A program made the translations under genes and the position numbers. From NCBI GenBank assembly GCA_002633005.1, contig NMRA01000029.1:291707-355706 (forward strand): a DNA stretch of 64,000 bases. The letters are read 5' to 3'. This DNA comes from Phoronis australis (Eukaryota > Animalia > Phoronida). This document shows, piece after piece, positions 13,001 to 28,000 of this stretch. How positions within the stretch are numbered: position 1 is the stretch's first letter; each line of letters begins with the position of its first letter. Below the pieces are notes generated by a model, which was given only the letters and a program-made list of their open reading frames with translations, ran no database searches and was not told the origin of the DNA.

Positions 13001-16000
13001 AGATGACCTGGCGGGAAAGGCAGAACTTTTGGAAGATGTCACTTGGAGCGAGAAGGATGTTTTGATGGCACTGAAGGACCAGGAGATGGAGGCTCCCTCA
13101 GAAAGCACCACCCTGGAAAGACTAACTGAACTTCATGTTGTCAGAGGAAGCGGCATCAGAATCACCTTACGTGGAGAAAGTAGATACCGGATTAACCAGC
13201 TCAACATGGGAACCATCAGCAGTGTGACACTTTCTTGGCTGCTGCAGAGAAGGACTGAGCACTTGTGGACCTGTCCAATGTGCAGTGATGTCTGTCCCTG
13301 AGACAATGACGATCAAGGCGAAACAAACTTAATTTTATCGAATTTATTCAATTTTTACTTGAAACAACTTAACTTAAATTTACCGACACTCTTCTGAGAT
13401 GAGTAGGTTGGTAGAAAAACTATTTCAGTTCTCTATTTTTCACTGCTGGGTCACACTTATTTTAGTAACAAAAAAATTTCCGTTAGAAAAAAAAACATAT
13501 CGTTGTCATGATTGAGAATATCTTTTTTTCAGATTGCAGTTGAGTGGCACTCATACTTTACAGTTGACGGTTTTGAGGGGAAACAAATTAAATTTCAATT
13601 TACGCCTAATGAAACTTCATTTTTTTACTGAATAAAAAGTTGCTTTCAAAAAGAAACAAAGAGATCTACTCTTCTCGGATGAAACTAGTTATCAGTGAGA
13701 TTCTGAGATATTAGAGCTATTTTCGTAACAGGATGTGAAAGTTCTTCAAATAGTTGTTGGGATGTGTTCTGTGTTTCAGTTTACCTTTTATCAAGAGCCA
13801 ACAAGAACATGTGGGAAGATTCTCGCCAAAATTTTAGTTTCCACACAAGTGACATATCAACGGAGAAATAACTCCATATGGTTCTAGAGCCAGAAACAAT
13901 TACCTTTAAGAAGCTATTTTCATACGCTGACTTAGGGGGTCGAGAGGTCCTGCTCCTACAGACACGACCAAATAGAACACCATCGGCCTGACGTTTTTAA
14001 GGATTTACACAGAGGTTTTTTCTAACTTCGTAAAATTGGGTTTGCCCCCTTACTGTTAATTACCCGTCCTGTTAAAAAAACAACTGGTGATTTTGACCAC
14101 TAATGCTGGTCTCAACATGTTGATGGCTTTGGAACAGGTTCAACAAGTTATATTGACTTGGCTGCTCATTTTATACTTAAAATCATTATTTTCATATCAA
14201 AAACACCATAAAATACTCCACCAGGTATGAAATTAGAATATCCACAAACACTATCTGGCGATATGTTAATTAGATGATCTCGAGTTATAAGCATTTATCA
14301 GGACAACCAATCACATCGCTAGTCATCCTCCATTGTGTTTAGTGTGAAAAGTCGTGGGATATTGCTGCCCATTTTCCTGTAGTTTATGGTAAAAAGGAAA
14401 GGTAAGGCGTGGCATTTGTGGTGGTTATGACAGCTTACTATTTCACCATGTGGTGGCTCTTTTTACTTTCCCCGTGGAACATCATGTTTGGGATGCACAA
14501 TTGTGATACGCAGTGATTATCATTACTATTATCAGTAGTAGCAGTAGTAGTAGTAGTAGTAGTAGTAGTAGTTTATTGGATAATATACATAATCACAATA
14601 ATAAATTTAGTAATAGGTACAAAGTACATGAAATTTAAAAAATAGTTATGTGCACTATCTGGATAACACCAAAAAGTTAAAAACTTATTTCCATGGTGGT
14701 CCATAGAGGAAGGTTCAATGCTGTTAACTAGTCACTTGTGGTTTCAAGCACTTCAGCAATAACTCCGTCAGCTCTCATCACATTTTGGAATCACTTCAAA
14801 TATGAGTTTGGGATACCTTGACACCAGTTATATAAGGGCTGATTAGCATAAAAAAACAGTTTTAAAGAGGGGGACACCATAGATTTAAGTTCAGTGATTT
14901 GTTCTCGAGTTGTATTTCACCTAAACCCTCTTATGATAGTCTATATGCATTTTAAGAAACATTTGTAAATTACACCTGAGGTGCAGATACAAATATTGTA
15001 AGTTTAAGTAGACACTACAATGAAAAGCCATGGTGACGCCAAAAAAGAAGACGCTGTAAACTGACAGAGAGAGATAGTAACCAGTGACTGAACTGTGAAG
15101 AGTTTGCTATAAAATGTGGAGTGTCATTGAGACTTGAATTGTGGTTGTGTGCAGATAAAGATGACACAAGGACTGATTATTGCTAAGGAAATGAAACTCA
15201 CTTCATAAAATCAATAAACCCATGACTCAGTCAAATACAAGATCATTGCTGTATAGTTTAATAGTACCAACTATTACCTAGTCAAAGAATTTTTCTAATA
15301 GATAAAAATGCACACGCTATAAAATTAACAGACTTAATACATTGAAAGATAAACAGATACAAAAAAAAACATTTTACACATCAGTATATCTTACAGTGTA
15401 TTAAAAATACACATGTATAAAAATTACCTCTAAATCAAGCAATATAACAGTAATTTTTCAATATCAGAAAATAACAGGAAAAAACAGGCATTGACTACGC
15501 CAATAACCACTTCATTGACTATGGCAATAACCACTTCATTAGAATTTAATTCAGTATCCTGTACAGATGTGATGACTCCCACTGGCAGTCACAACTGATA
15601 CTGAAACAAAAGCTTTTTGTATAACTTAGTCTCATTTATGTATTCACTCGAGGCTCCATCTAGTGTTCATTCATGGAACTAGCCTCTTCCTAGTCAAAGA
15701 AAAACTTAGTTATCCAAAGTGCCGTCCACACACACAGACTTATAATAAAACAAGTTACTCTTGAACAGGAGTTGTCACTAGGTTTGGGGGTAGTCTGGAC
15801 GCTATTCAAACTAGTGTAATTAGCCCCACCTTGTGACAACTTAATCCACCTTATCGAGGAAGGGCGACTAGTTCTAGGGTAACTTGTGCCACTTCTAATC
15901 GCTGTGTGGCCGCAAACCTGAGGCAACGCGGAAGTAATTATCAGCTGCGGTTACATACAGACGAGTCTTCTTTTGCGCCCTGTATTCGCATCAGCTGTTT

Positions 16001-16047
16001 TTTTGCCATGCACAGAGCAACAATTTCCGCCTTGGGCTAGATATCGG

Positions 16048-16089
<42 letters not shown>

Positions 16090-19000
16090 GCGTGCGTGTG
16101 TGGATGATCCACTTAAAGTGGGGTAAACTGTTCTAGGGCAAGTCTGTGTGTGGACGGGACTCTTGGTCACTAGCTATAATGAATTGTTAGTTCCTCTGTG
16201 AAGCCCAGACACCTCTTTAGAGAAAACGAACATGCTGTGGCCAAATGTTTAATAAGAAGTGGTGTAAATCCAAACTTAGTTATTTGACTGATAGCAATTG
16301 TATAGAGAATTTTAAAACTACTAATACCGCACTCACTGACCTCACAACAAACATTGCAAGCAGGATTTAATATTATGTTAGTCCGAGTATACAACCAGGG
16401 GATTTAAATTGGGGAACTCACAAATTCAAAAGAAATGTATGTTAAACCAAGCATGGGCATTTAATTTTTTGAAGTCTAAGGCGAGCATTTACCTAAACAG
16501 TTGAACACCCAGGATAAGCTAACATCAGATACGTGCAAACAGTCAAATTAAGTATAGCAGTTGAGGGAGTACCAGTACTTTCCTGCCCACTTAAGGTGCC
16601 ACTGTTACATCCTCTTACTCAAAGGCTAGCGATTTTTCTACATTCTGCAAACTAAAACCCATATGAGACATACCTTCACAAAAACACAGGAACTGTCAAG
16701 GAGGTCTTGATTTTATAAATTGTGTGTGGGCATTCAGCTGAGCAAGGGTGTTTAAAAGTGAAAATCTGGAAACTTCAAGTGTAGGGATTAAGTGTATGGT
16801 AAGCTATTAACCCTGATTTTTTGTGGAACTGAGAAACATAAAAGTGAAGGTCAAGGTCACTCATCTTCAGCTGCAATTTCGTTGAATACCAATGGAAATC
16901 AAAAATTTAAGGCAGAAATTTTACATTAAATTCTGTTTCTGTGAAAAAAGAGAATCATTCTGCATTAAGTTTTGACTTAGCAGCTTTGGATTCAAATCAA
17001 ACTTTTTGAATCTTTGAAGAAAATGAAGAAAGTGTATCGTTAAGAGTTGTTGACTCCCATATCAAGCGGGTGTGTACTTCTTTACTGTAATCAATGCATT
17101 TTATCTCAACAATTTTTCCCTTTCAAAAAGAGTTATCAAAAATATCTGTAAAGGTCACACGTTCAGGTTCCACAGGTACATCATGGGTCTGATGAAATGA
17201 GACTCATGTGATCCTGGCAAGAGAGATTTTCACGTGCCAATTTTATCACGGATCAAAGTATGTTCAAAGATAGCCAAGGAATTTTTACATTATGCGGAAA
17301 GACAAGGTCAAGGTGCGAACCTGTCAAGAGCGCAAATGGATCAATTCGGTCACGTTATGATAGACTTACATCACCCAATGTTGCAGCTGAAGTCATAGAC
17401 ACATCACAGTCACCCTTAGCAACCAAGAAAAAATATTTCAAACCACATCAATGCATGAGTTTTTTTCTATCCATGAACAAATTAGAGAGAGCGAAAGTTA
17501 ACTTGGCTAAGATATTCTAATCATGATTATTTCCTGTTCCTTTTCAAGGGCAATAAAATTTTGTTACCTCTTCAGATGGTCACGAGACAGATTTACAATC
17601 GGAAACGGGTTGTTATTTAAAGTCAACACTTTAATCAATTTACAAGTGGATTTTGTTTCCAACAGGGGATACCAGGGTGGCGGATAAATGAGACGGCAAG
17701 AAATTCAAATAATTTAAATTTATTTAGTAGCTTACAAAATAAGACATTCTACAAACTAAAAACAGTTCTCAGACTAAACAAGATTCAAATGTGGCCAAAA
17801 GATGGCGCTTAAAGGACCAGGAGAGCATCTCGATTTTGTTTTTATATTTCAGACATCATTAAACATATGAATTTATTGAATTTTAGATAAATGTAGACAA
17901 CTTGTTCCTAGCTACAGAATTGAGTGGCTAAGTTGGATCCCTGGGTCTACAAGAGATGTATTACCCGTACGACTAAAAGGTTTCCAGGAATAGTACATAA
18001 CAACGATAACAAACAAGTATGATCATCATATTTTCCGCTACGAAAAGTCACAAAAGACCTTCAGTCCTGACAGGTGTGAAATAGACACCGAAATGTGTGG
18101 TTGACAGAAATGATGAAAACAACATTAGGGATGTTTGTTTGGCTGGAGTATCTAATATCACGTGTGAGTCTGTCTGGATTTATAATCAATCATATAATCA
18201 GAAAAGCTTATCCACTGCATATAATGAGAACTGCAGATAAGTTTCATAATGGTGCGAAGTCCAATAAAAATAGCAAATTACGTCATGCAACGTTGAAAAA
18301 CAAGTAACTGTTGCTGTATAATGATGAGCACAAAGTTCCAAACATCTACCACAGAATTGATGAAAAAGACTATCTGGCAACAGGTTCAACATCCCAAGAA
18401 CCTCAAGATAGTAATTAAAAGGACATCCACTACCAGAAAAGTAATTTCAAAGAAATTACCAGCAGTGAGGAATCAAAACGCATTAGCTATGCAACCCAAC
18501 GCTCTAACAGAGAGCCAAATTCCACTTGTTAAATAGCAGAGTATTTTAAATGTACTTAAATCATAAAGACACATGCCTTAATTTTCACGAATATCTCGCA
18601 GACAATTGCGAGAATTGGTGATTTATAAAAAAGATCACAAAAAACACAAAAGAGTTGTAGTTTTATAACTCCGGTCAAAGCTTATAACTTCAAGAAGTCT
18701 TTCATATCCAAAAATATTACCAAAAATGTATTTTTGTCCATAAAACCAATAATGGACCTTTAAAGAGACCTAATGCAATAAAAGTAAAACAACTTAATTA
18801 ATAATAATAAACAAATTCATGAAACATGGTAAAAAGCAAAGACAACAGAACAGTAAATGTCTTTATTCAAACTTCCACACAATCATTTTTCGAAATATAC
18901 ACTATCTATTTATTAGCTTGAAGGGTGGCCCTTCAAATCAAAGTGTTAAGTTTTTACGCCTTTAAACATTAGACATAAACTCATCAACAAACGGCCCTTT

Positions 19001-22000
19001 TGTTCCGGCACCGACAGACAGCACCTTCAGCCCTGTTCCAAATGTTTTCATAAGCCAACCAAGGAGTTGGCTTGAAAAGGTAGATTAGTTTAGATTTAAA
19101 AACACTAATCAACTGGCTTTGTGCGACAGTTTATTCTTCTGTGGTTCTGAAGTCACTTGACTTGACATCCACTGAAAAGCCCCTTTCTTTCGACCTGATT
19201 GGTCAGACGTCGAGACTAACATGCGCGCAGTTCGTACTCTGATCTGGTTTCAGAAAAATATGCAAAAAATGTCACATGAAATTTGTCGGCATATCATTTG
19301 AAACAACGACAGTTAAAAATCAATTTTTCAAGAATTCTAACATCAGGTGCAGAAATGCCCGAAGTGTTTGTTCAATAAATAATAGGTGCAGAGTTATACA
19401 ATACAAACTTTAATTTACCTGAAATGTTTATGGTAATATTCAAACATTTCTGCGCTTTAATCTATGAGTGAATTAAAGTTGTAAACTATTACAATATTAA
19501 AAATTGAATAGTTTTATACAACATCACGCATCGCCAAAATTAATCTCATCGTAATTTAAACTGGTATAAATTCTCCTCTGATAGTATATTTCCTTGTTTG
19601 AAACTTCTTTGTGCTTTTCCTTGACAGGTACGCAAGCAAGAACTAAGTTTCAATATTGAAATTAAAGTACTGAACAATTGTACCTGAAAGGGACAATATA
19701 TGTTTTACAACCGAAAAATGCATTTTTAAGACTATTGTTGGACAGGATAGATTTCTTGAAGTTATAAATTTTGATTGTGAGTAAAACCAATTATGTCTCT
19801 TTAATATGCCCAAGTATTTTAGAATTAGAGACATGTGCCTATGCTTCACTTCCAGGCAGAGGTGGTTATTTGCTATCTGTGCACACGCCTTAAATTGCAC
19901 GATTTCTACGTCTCTATGTACACTCTATGTAGTTTTTCTTTAAATAAATTGATAATGTTGATTTGAACATACGTGGACATCTACTGTTCACTCGCAAGCT
20001 ATTTTAAAATGTTGCTCCTAAGTTTTTGTTCATAAAAGTGCATACTCCTTCAAACAGGGCTTGGAATGACCAATGACAAAAAACGCGGAAACTTTTACGG
20101 CCCAACTCATGCGCGATACCCAGCCTTGAAATGGTCGATGTGAACCTTTCCCGGACAAAAATCGGGAGCCGCAGTATTTGTCGCCGCGGTTTACAATAAC
20201 ACGAGACGCCATTGAAAATCCCACCACGCTATCCCAGATGCCCCGGCAATGTTGACAATTTACGTTCCTCCCGAAACATAAAGAGCAACTTCCGCTTTTC
20301 GAGGTGAACGTCGTCTGCAACGCCGCGGTAAGAAAGGAATTTGCCACGGAAATGTTACATCAAATCCGATTTTTTTACGCGGAAATATAATAAAATGCGC
20401 GGACAGAACATTTGAAAAAAGCGGAAATCTGCGTTTCCGCGGAAAATGCCAAGCCCTGTTCAAAACACTAAAATCAACCTTCACACATAAACACATGGCC
20501 TCTGTAATGCTAACATCCAGGCTGTACATCACTTCGACTGCCATCTGCTACTGTAACAACTATTGCCATAATTAATTACGGCACTTTTCCACTTATTTTT
20601 CACAAAATAATTGCCAAAATGGTCATTTTCCATTTTTCAATGGCTGATCACCTTTTTTTGCAAATAATGGGAACTTCAAGCAAAATTGTTTTATGACATG
20701 TACACACTGTAAAGCTTGAGTGTATTAGACTAAATGTCCTTAATCTTTACTTTTGTGGGCAAGATTTGATAAAACAGAATTTCACATGATGGCCATACTT
20801 TAGTTTCTTCATTTAGCTCACAAAAGTACAGAAAATACAAGGAAAAATACAAGCAAAATGAAATTAATTAAAGTAAAAGCCGGAAACACAGACAGCACAA
20901 AAAGTCAAGGACTTATTTCCACGGTGAGCTAAAATGTGAAGCATTGCAGCAAAAAAAAAGAGAAAAAACTCGACTAGTAACTCGATTTAAAAAAGACCAC
21001 ATTTAACTGTGACTTTTGGCTTTTCTAAGCATTCCTAATACCCGAAAAGTGAATATAACTGCGTGCTTGAGTAATTATCGTGAAACAAAATTGGTCGTTA
21101 TCATCGGGGTTATCATCGAAATTGACTGGTGCCAGAAAATTACAATAACAAGCTAATGACCAAACATACTGATGGTGGCATTTAATAAATGTCTCATTTA
21201 ATATACCATAGTTTACTTCATAAACACACGTGCTATTCTTCATTACCATAGCCACTCTTTAGTAAAAAATACCAAGAAATACCTTATGGACCACAAACCC
21301 TCTCACTTAGAACATGGCGGACAAGTAGTTTTTGCCATCAATTGGTTTTGCATTTCATTTCAGTTACTTTGTTCAATACCTGTGAAACTTTAATTTAGTT
21401 TGTTTAACTTTGTCTGTAGCCCTTTGTCACATGTGTTATCTTTTCTTTTCTGAAGGAGGACACCAGACAGCTAGAATTATCTGTAGGAGGATATTTGGAC
21501 ACTGGCCTAAATCAAGTGTATAATAATAGTGTTGACCCCATGTATTTTGAAATCCCAGAAATGTTTCCAGGAAAAAAATACACAAAATTAACAACATAAT
21601 TAATTCTACAAACGGCTGTGTCCCCAAGGGATTTTGCTTCCAGGAAAGTTATGACGCCCCTAGACACTGACACAACTCACTCAGTCTAGTCCAGAACAAA
21701 GAATTCTAATTGAATCGACACATCTCGTAGGTCATGAACTGTAGTATCTTCGCAAATTCACACCCCAAACACCAACACTTTACCCAGAAAAAAATTTGCT
21801 TGGAAACTACACAGAATTATTTCCGTCAACTTTCACATGGGAATGGCACAATAGTACCACAGTGAATCAAGACTAACCAAGATGGTCGAAACTCCTTGTC
21901 CACAATGCAAGTTTACTCAGTGTCAGTATTTTTCTTCCAAAAGCTAAGGTTCTCTTACAATAATTCTTAAAAGCAGGTCACATGACCTCCAGTTTACAAT

Positions 22001-25000
22001 TATGCAATTACTGCAATTACCGTTATGATTAATAGCAACGACCAGCATGCAAGCACAGCTATATTGTTTAGCATTAGGACTTAAACCCACATGTTGTTGT
22101 TATCACCAACTTAAAACAATCTGTTGCAAGGAGAATCACCTACAGTGAGAGGGCAATGACCACGCTGCAAGTCGTCAGAGGGAGATTTCATCGGCCCTTG
22201 TGTTAAACAACGATTAGAAGATCCAAAATGCAATTTTTAAGACTCGTTTTAATATTTGATGAGTATTACTTCAATCTGTCATTAAAAATTTTCAGTTTTC
22301 AAAAGAGTTCAAATTTCAAGTTCAATTTTCCACATCCATAATTCAATTACAATGCCTCTGTATTCAATTTCAACTCGCAATTTTCAATATTCAGTCGTCA
22401 TGAAATGCAATGTTCAGGCTGTACTTGGGCTAAATTTTGCTGTTCAATTCAAAGCCTTTACAAACATCTACACCACGATTAGTGTCAGATCAAGGTCGAT
22501 TAATTTTTGAAAAATGAGTACCTTGTTTTGACCAAAAATGAGCACCATTACATTTCCTTTTCTAAAGCTAATTCATAGGGAGTAACAACCTGTAATGTCT
22601 ATGCAGCCTATTCACACATTTGTTCTCACCTCAAGAAAATTTAAACTGATAACATGGTCTCCACTATGACACTTCTGACATCATTTAACTGGGTTTGCGG
22701 TGGTATTTGAAAATGGGAAGTGCAATTTTCATCTATTTCTCAATGTTCACTACTTAAAATCAACTGCCGTTGAATTCATCTTTTCCTTAAACCGAAGGGC
22801 ATTCACCCCCAACAGAATTCAGTAGGCTGGTAAATTACCTTTGTTATACAGATATACCCTGGATCAGATGTCAAATAAAGTAATGACACCTGGGAAACCC
22901 AGATAAGGTTGTTGCCCATTGAAAGATGGGCAGCCCATCAACTTACAGTGACAGGGCCCTTGACACCTTGACTTAGGGGTGAATAATGGCTCAGTTCCCC
23001 TCTGAAAAATATTTAATTAAAATCACATGAAATTACCTTTACCAGGCCCAGAAATTCAGACACAGTCCATGGAATGCAGTGACTGACTTAGATGGGGCAT
23101 TCCCCTCACCCCAAACTTTTCTCTTACATGAGGCACAGGCATCTTTCCCTTCGGATGAACGAGAGCATTGATACCAGTAGCTGCTTGTATGCCCCTCCTC
23201 CCGCTATCGCATGTAATTCACCGTTAATTTTGCTTCATATACTGTTCATGATGAGACATGCAGTCTCGAAATATAGTCAGTGTTTTAAATTGTTTGTTTA
23301 TTATATTTTACTGCATAGCTGCATACCAGAAGAAAGGAGATTGTTCCGACACTACGAGCAAATGAGTATCAAGTTTTCAAAAAAAAGTTTAGCCGTATTT
23401 TCAACTATTAGTAGCTGGAAAATCACAAGTTAACCGACAAAATACGTAGTTTGGGTATTTCAAAGTTAATGGACAATTTGGTACCATTCAGCTGCCAATG
23501 TTGGCTTCTTACATATGTTTACCTTATAATTTTCATAAACAACACTCATTAGCAATACGCAAAAATTATAATTGCAAAATCTAAATTCTAATTTATGTAA
23601 CACTCCCATAACTTAAACTGAATGTATTGAAAAGATATTGGATACACCCAAGGCAGTGGACTAGACTAGGTGTTTTCTTTTACTGGAACCTTTTAATCAA
23701 ATATACCTTCCAATATATAACAGGTGCGATCACATTTCTATAGGTAATTCAAAAAGAGCGACAATAAATTATATAATCCTCAGGCTACAAATTCAATGCT
23801 AGCTCGTGCCAATACTCTTGGCTGTTTTCCTACTTTTTTCTTGATTAGCTTAGTAAAATTAATTATCGCACCTTTAGCTGAACTATTCTAAAAATGCAGG
23901 CTCACCAATAGCTAGAGCTGGGCTAGCCAGTATGACAGGCTTATGAAAATAAACAGGTCTCGCATAGAGAACTGAGACAGTCTTTGTCAAAGGCGCGAGT
24001 GTTTCAACTTGTGAACGTCCAGTGTCGTAATACCAAGACTGGAAATATGTCCGAAACACTGCTACATTGTGTCCACACTAAAGTTACGGATAGGCTCATT
24101 TAACACAGGTGTAAAATGCCTGTCAGTTTACACTGAATGTCAACAAAATTCAATTGTAATATTAGAGCTTTAAAATTTCTGCTTGAAATACCCCGAATGC
24201 CTCGAAAAGAAAGACGGTACAAACTTGTAGCAAAACACAGACATGACTTTTGAGAGGAGTCTATTTTCATAGCTGATGTTATCGAGCATGACAATAACTA
24301 GGTGCTGTAACTGAAAACTTAAAGGCACATAAAAGATCTTTCAAGACTGTTTTAGACCCTATTATCTGAAATTTTTAATATATCATTATCAGTACAAATA
24401 TTGGTGTATGAATATTGCAGCGATATTCTGGGACTGAGTCCAACGGTGCATTAAAGCTGTGTTGACTGTGACTCCTTACTCTTGCCATGTGAATAACATG
24501 CATTCCATTTAGGTCTTCAGTTTACCAAAAGAGCTTCGAAAAAAGACGCATGTGCCTAATTCAGAACTTAAACTTAGCTTCATACATCGGAGAATATACC
24601 TAAATAAGAACACAGTACAATATTACGTTCCCTAAAATACAAAATAAATCATCTTTTCCACATTTCAAACATGCAATTGAGGTTTGTCAAATGTTTTTAT
24701 ATGAATCTATTATCCCAACGACGACATGAAAATAAATTGTTTTAGCCTTAGAATCAATATTTTGTACCAGTGAATACCTTGAAAAATATTGACCTTTAAG
24801 CTTGTTTCCGAAAACTGGGAATTGCAAACCCGATCCTCCATGAAAGAATAACTAATCCCCCACAGCAAACGATTTGACCATCACCTGAACCTGAATAAAC
24901 ATGCGCTGAGGATGACCTTATGAAAACCAGCTCAGTTTCAAACATAATATTTTATATAAACACTGATGAACTTAAAAGTCGGTTATTCCTACCAGACTGA

Positions 25001-28000
25001 AAACAATCCGGTGTTTAACCAGGAAGATTTCAAGGCTCATCAAGTTTACTCAAGTTTCAACATTGTTTCAGAACCTTCAATTTCAGCTCCTTGTCCTCAG
25101 AAAACAAACTGAACCAAACGATTATTTTCCTAGCTCCAATTTAAATAGTTTCTGGCAAGTCCAGGATAGCAATTTGCAAACAGGACCCAGACTTGACCCA
25201 ATCCTATTTGCCTTAGCCTTGGCAAGACCTGTAAATAGGCAGCAGCCGCTTATTAGCCAGTCTCCACACATTTTGGTTTTCGTTGACACCAACACTGACC
25301 GGTCAGCTTCTGGCTAACAAAAGCAGCCAAAGTATCTAATATTCGAAGGCATAATGCAGGCTCTTTTAGATAATCAAGTATGACCTAATCTAACTCAACT
25401 TACAAATCATGCTTGTAACACAAGAAACTCGTTAAGTTTTTCAAAAATTTCTGTACAATTAAAGAAAGACAAAGATACACCGCCTTTCTTCAGGGCATAA
25501 GGACATTTCTTCTGAAAATGTTAGATTTTTGTGTGTACTAACATATTGTTTGACGACAACAGAGCAGACTAGGAGTCAGAAATTTGGGTAATGCTCCACA
25601 CAATTATTTCCGAGAAACAAAATCTTGCTTGTGCAAAAAATACAGTCCCTGAGACTGTACACATAACCGTAAGTTACTGAGGCAATTTCCATAAATTATT
25701 TGTAGACTGTGATAAGCTCGCGATTACTTGGCTTAAATTCTTTCAGAAAATGTGACTTGAGAATTAAGTCACTTTCATGTAACAGACATTGGAAAATAGC
25801 ACAGTAAAACTTTTCAAATATTTATCTGTCCTTGAAAAAGTTGACAAATCAAAATGGCACCATGTCCCTCCTGTTTCCCAAGCACCAACCCAAGATGAAC
25901 ATACTACAGTAACATTTAGTTATTTTGCACAAAAAATATTGTCAAAATACCCATTTTTCAAAATTTGAAAAATTAATACAGATTCAAACAATAAACATTA
26001 CCAACTACAGCTTGTTGACAGATAAACATTTAATCAAACTACACTGGTGATGAATTAAGACTTTTCTTGAACTTCATTTTTGTTGAAAAACTTAACAGTA
26101 CGAAATTTCCTGCTTAAGCTACGCTGTCTGCAATATAGACGGAGAATTCCTACTATCATTTCGCACTATACTTCTGAGCTTTGTGACTGGACGGAAGACC
26201 TCACTTGACAGGACACGTAAAAAACCAGACACTTGATTTGCGTGTCTTTGACATAAAGGAAATTTAATTTACAAACATAATTTAATAGATTTTCTTATAT
26301 TAGTATTGAAGCCAATCAAACTACAGTCATGTAAATCAACAGAGGAAATGGCCATAACTTGCCAAAACCAGTCAGGACATGGACTGTCACAAGTTAAGTA
26401 GCAGACGTCATGTACCATGGCAAAAGATGAGTCATGAATTAATCTTCCTAGCAGAAAATTTATTATCCATAGTACCCTTAGTACTAAGGAAGAGCGCATA
26501 CTCTTTTCAATTCAAAGAGATATAAGAATTTCCCCTCTGATTACATTAACCGGAAGCTGAGATTTGTTCACAAATAAGTGGTGTCTCCACAGGGGATTTT
26601 ATAAAAAGATATCAAAGTTGCGAATCTGTTGCCTATGATCTGTGATGCATGACGCTATGTAAGTTGTTATGTATTCAACAGGGAGTCCAGATATGATGGA
26701 ACATGTGTTATCTTGCCAATTTTTAAGTGATCCCCTTTCTGCGCCAGGGTACTTGCCATGATGCATGAGACTGTCCAGTAATGGTTTGTGCAATGGGAAA
26801 CTCTTATGTCCACCAGATGGTGCTGGCGTAGGCAGTCTTGTAGTTTGACTGAGCATGTGACGCTCATGGCTATATGTTCATGTGACTACCGTAATTTTTT
26901 AATTATTGCTGACAAAAATACACATCACCCCTGTTCTCTAACCATCTTATGGATGGGAACTTGCATTTTGTAAACTTCGAAAATGGAAGCACTTGTTTTT
27001 AAAAATTCGCCCTTCTACCTCAGGGCTCAGCCACACCAAGGACAAATGGGAAAACTGAACTGGGAACTAACTAAGCATTATTCAATCTGATCAAGAACAC
27101 CATGAAGGGTGTCACATTCCAGAGTTACATCTGGCCAACTCAAGTTGCCCATTTTGCACCCCAGCCTATCAAGATGTTAAGACAGCCTTGGACATTCTGA
27201 GAACAGTTTGAGGTGACATGGCTCTGACAAGAAGTCAATTCCACATCTCAGACAAAACTACAAGAAGCACAACTTGAAACAAAAACATTGACATGTATTC
27301 AGCAGTTCATTGCATGTTCCATAACCATGAAATACAAGAGCCGTGACTGACAAGTATGTAAACACAGGAAAAAAGAAATTGTTAATGCATGTGAGGGGGG
27401 GGCATCTCTGGAGGAGCCGCCTTCAGTGAAAGAAGGATACACTGATGGCAGGACTTGACTTAATTTGTCCACACACCTCTGCTGTATTATCTAAAGTGCC
27501 CTCCACTTAAGAGTTACCCCAGAACAAGTTACACCTGGAATGACTTGATTGACTAGTAGTGTGGATGCCACTTGCACTAGGGAAACGTGATACAAGTGTG
27601 ACAACTTACCCACCTCCACGAGGTAGATTAACTTGTTCTAGGGTAACTTGCCCTATTACAATTGGTAGTGTGGATGCAAACATGCAAACAAAGCAAGTAA
27701 TTACCACCTATGCTCTTCCCCAGTTACATCCCATATTTGCCATGTGTGCAGTGAGGACGCTAGGTTCATAGGTCAACAGGGGCAAGCTGCATCAGGGCAA
27801 GTTGTCCTGGGGCAACTCGTAGTGTGGACACAACTGAAGGCAAGTTGTTCTGGGGCAACTCGTAGTGTGGAAACAACTGAAGTTCTGGTCAGATTATCTC
27901 CACATGTAACCGGATACAGTATATTCAGATAAAAAGAATCAAGTTATCCTGTAATGTCAGGAATCAAAAGCAATGCCAATCGAACATTTCTGCTTTCGAT

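Noticed and set aside
13029-13301. 90-aa ORF as a nested gene
   Set aside because: Starts at TTG, has only a partial Cys motif and sits in repeat-like context; treated as TE debris.
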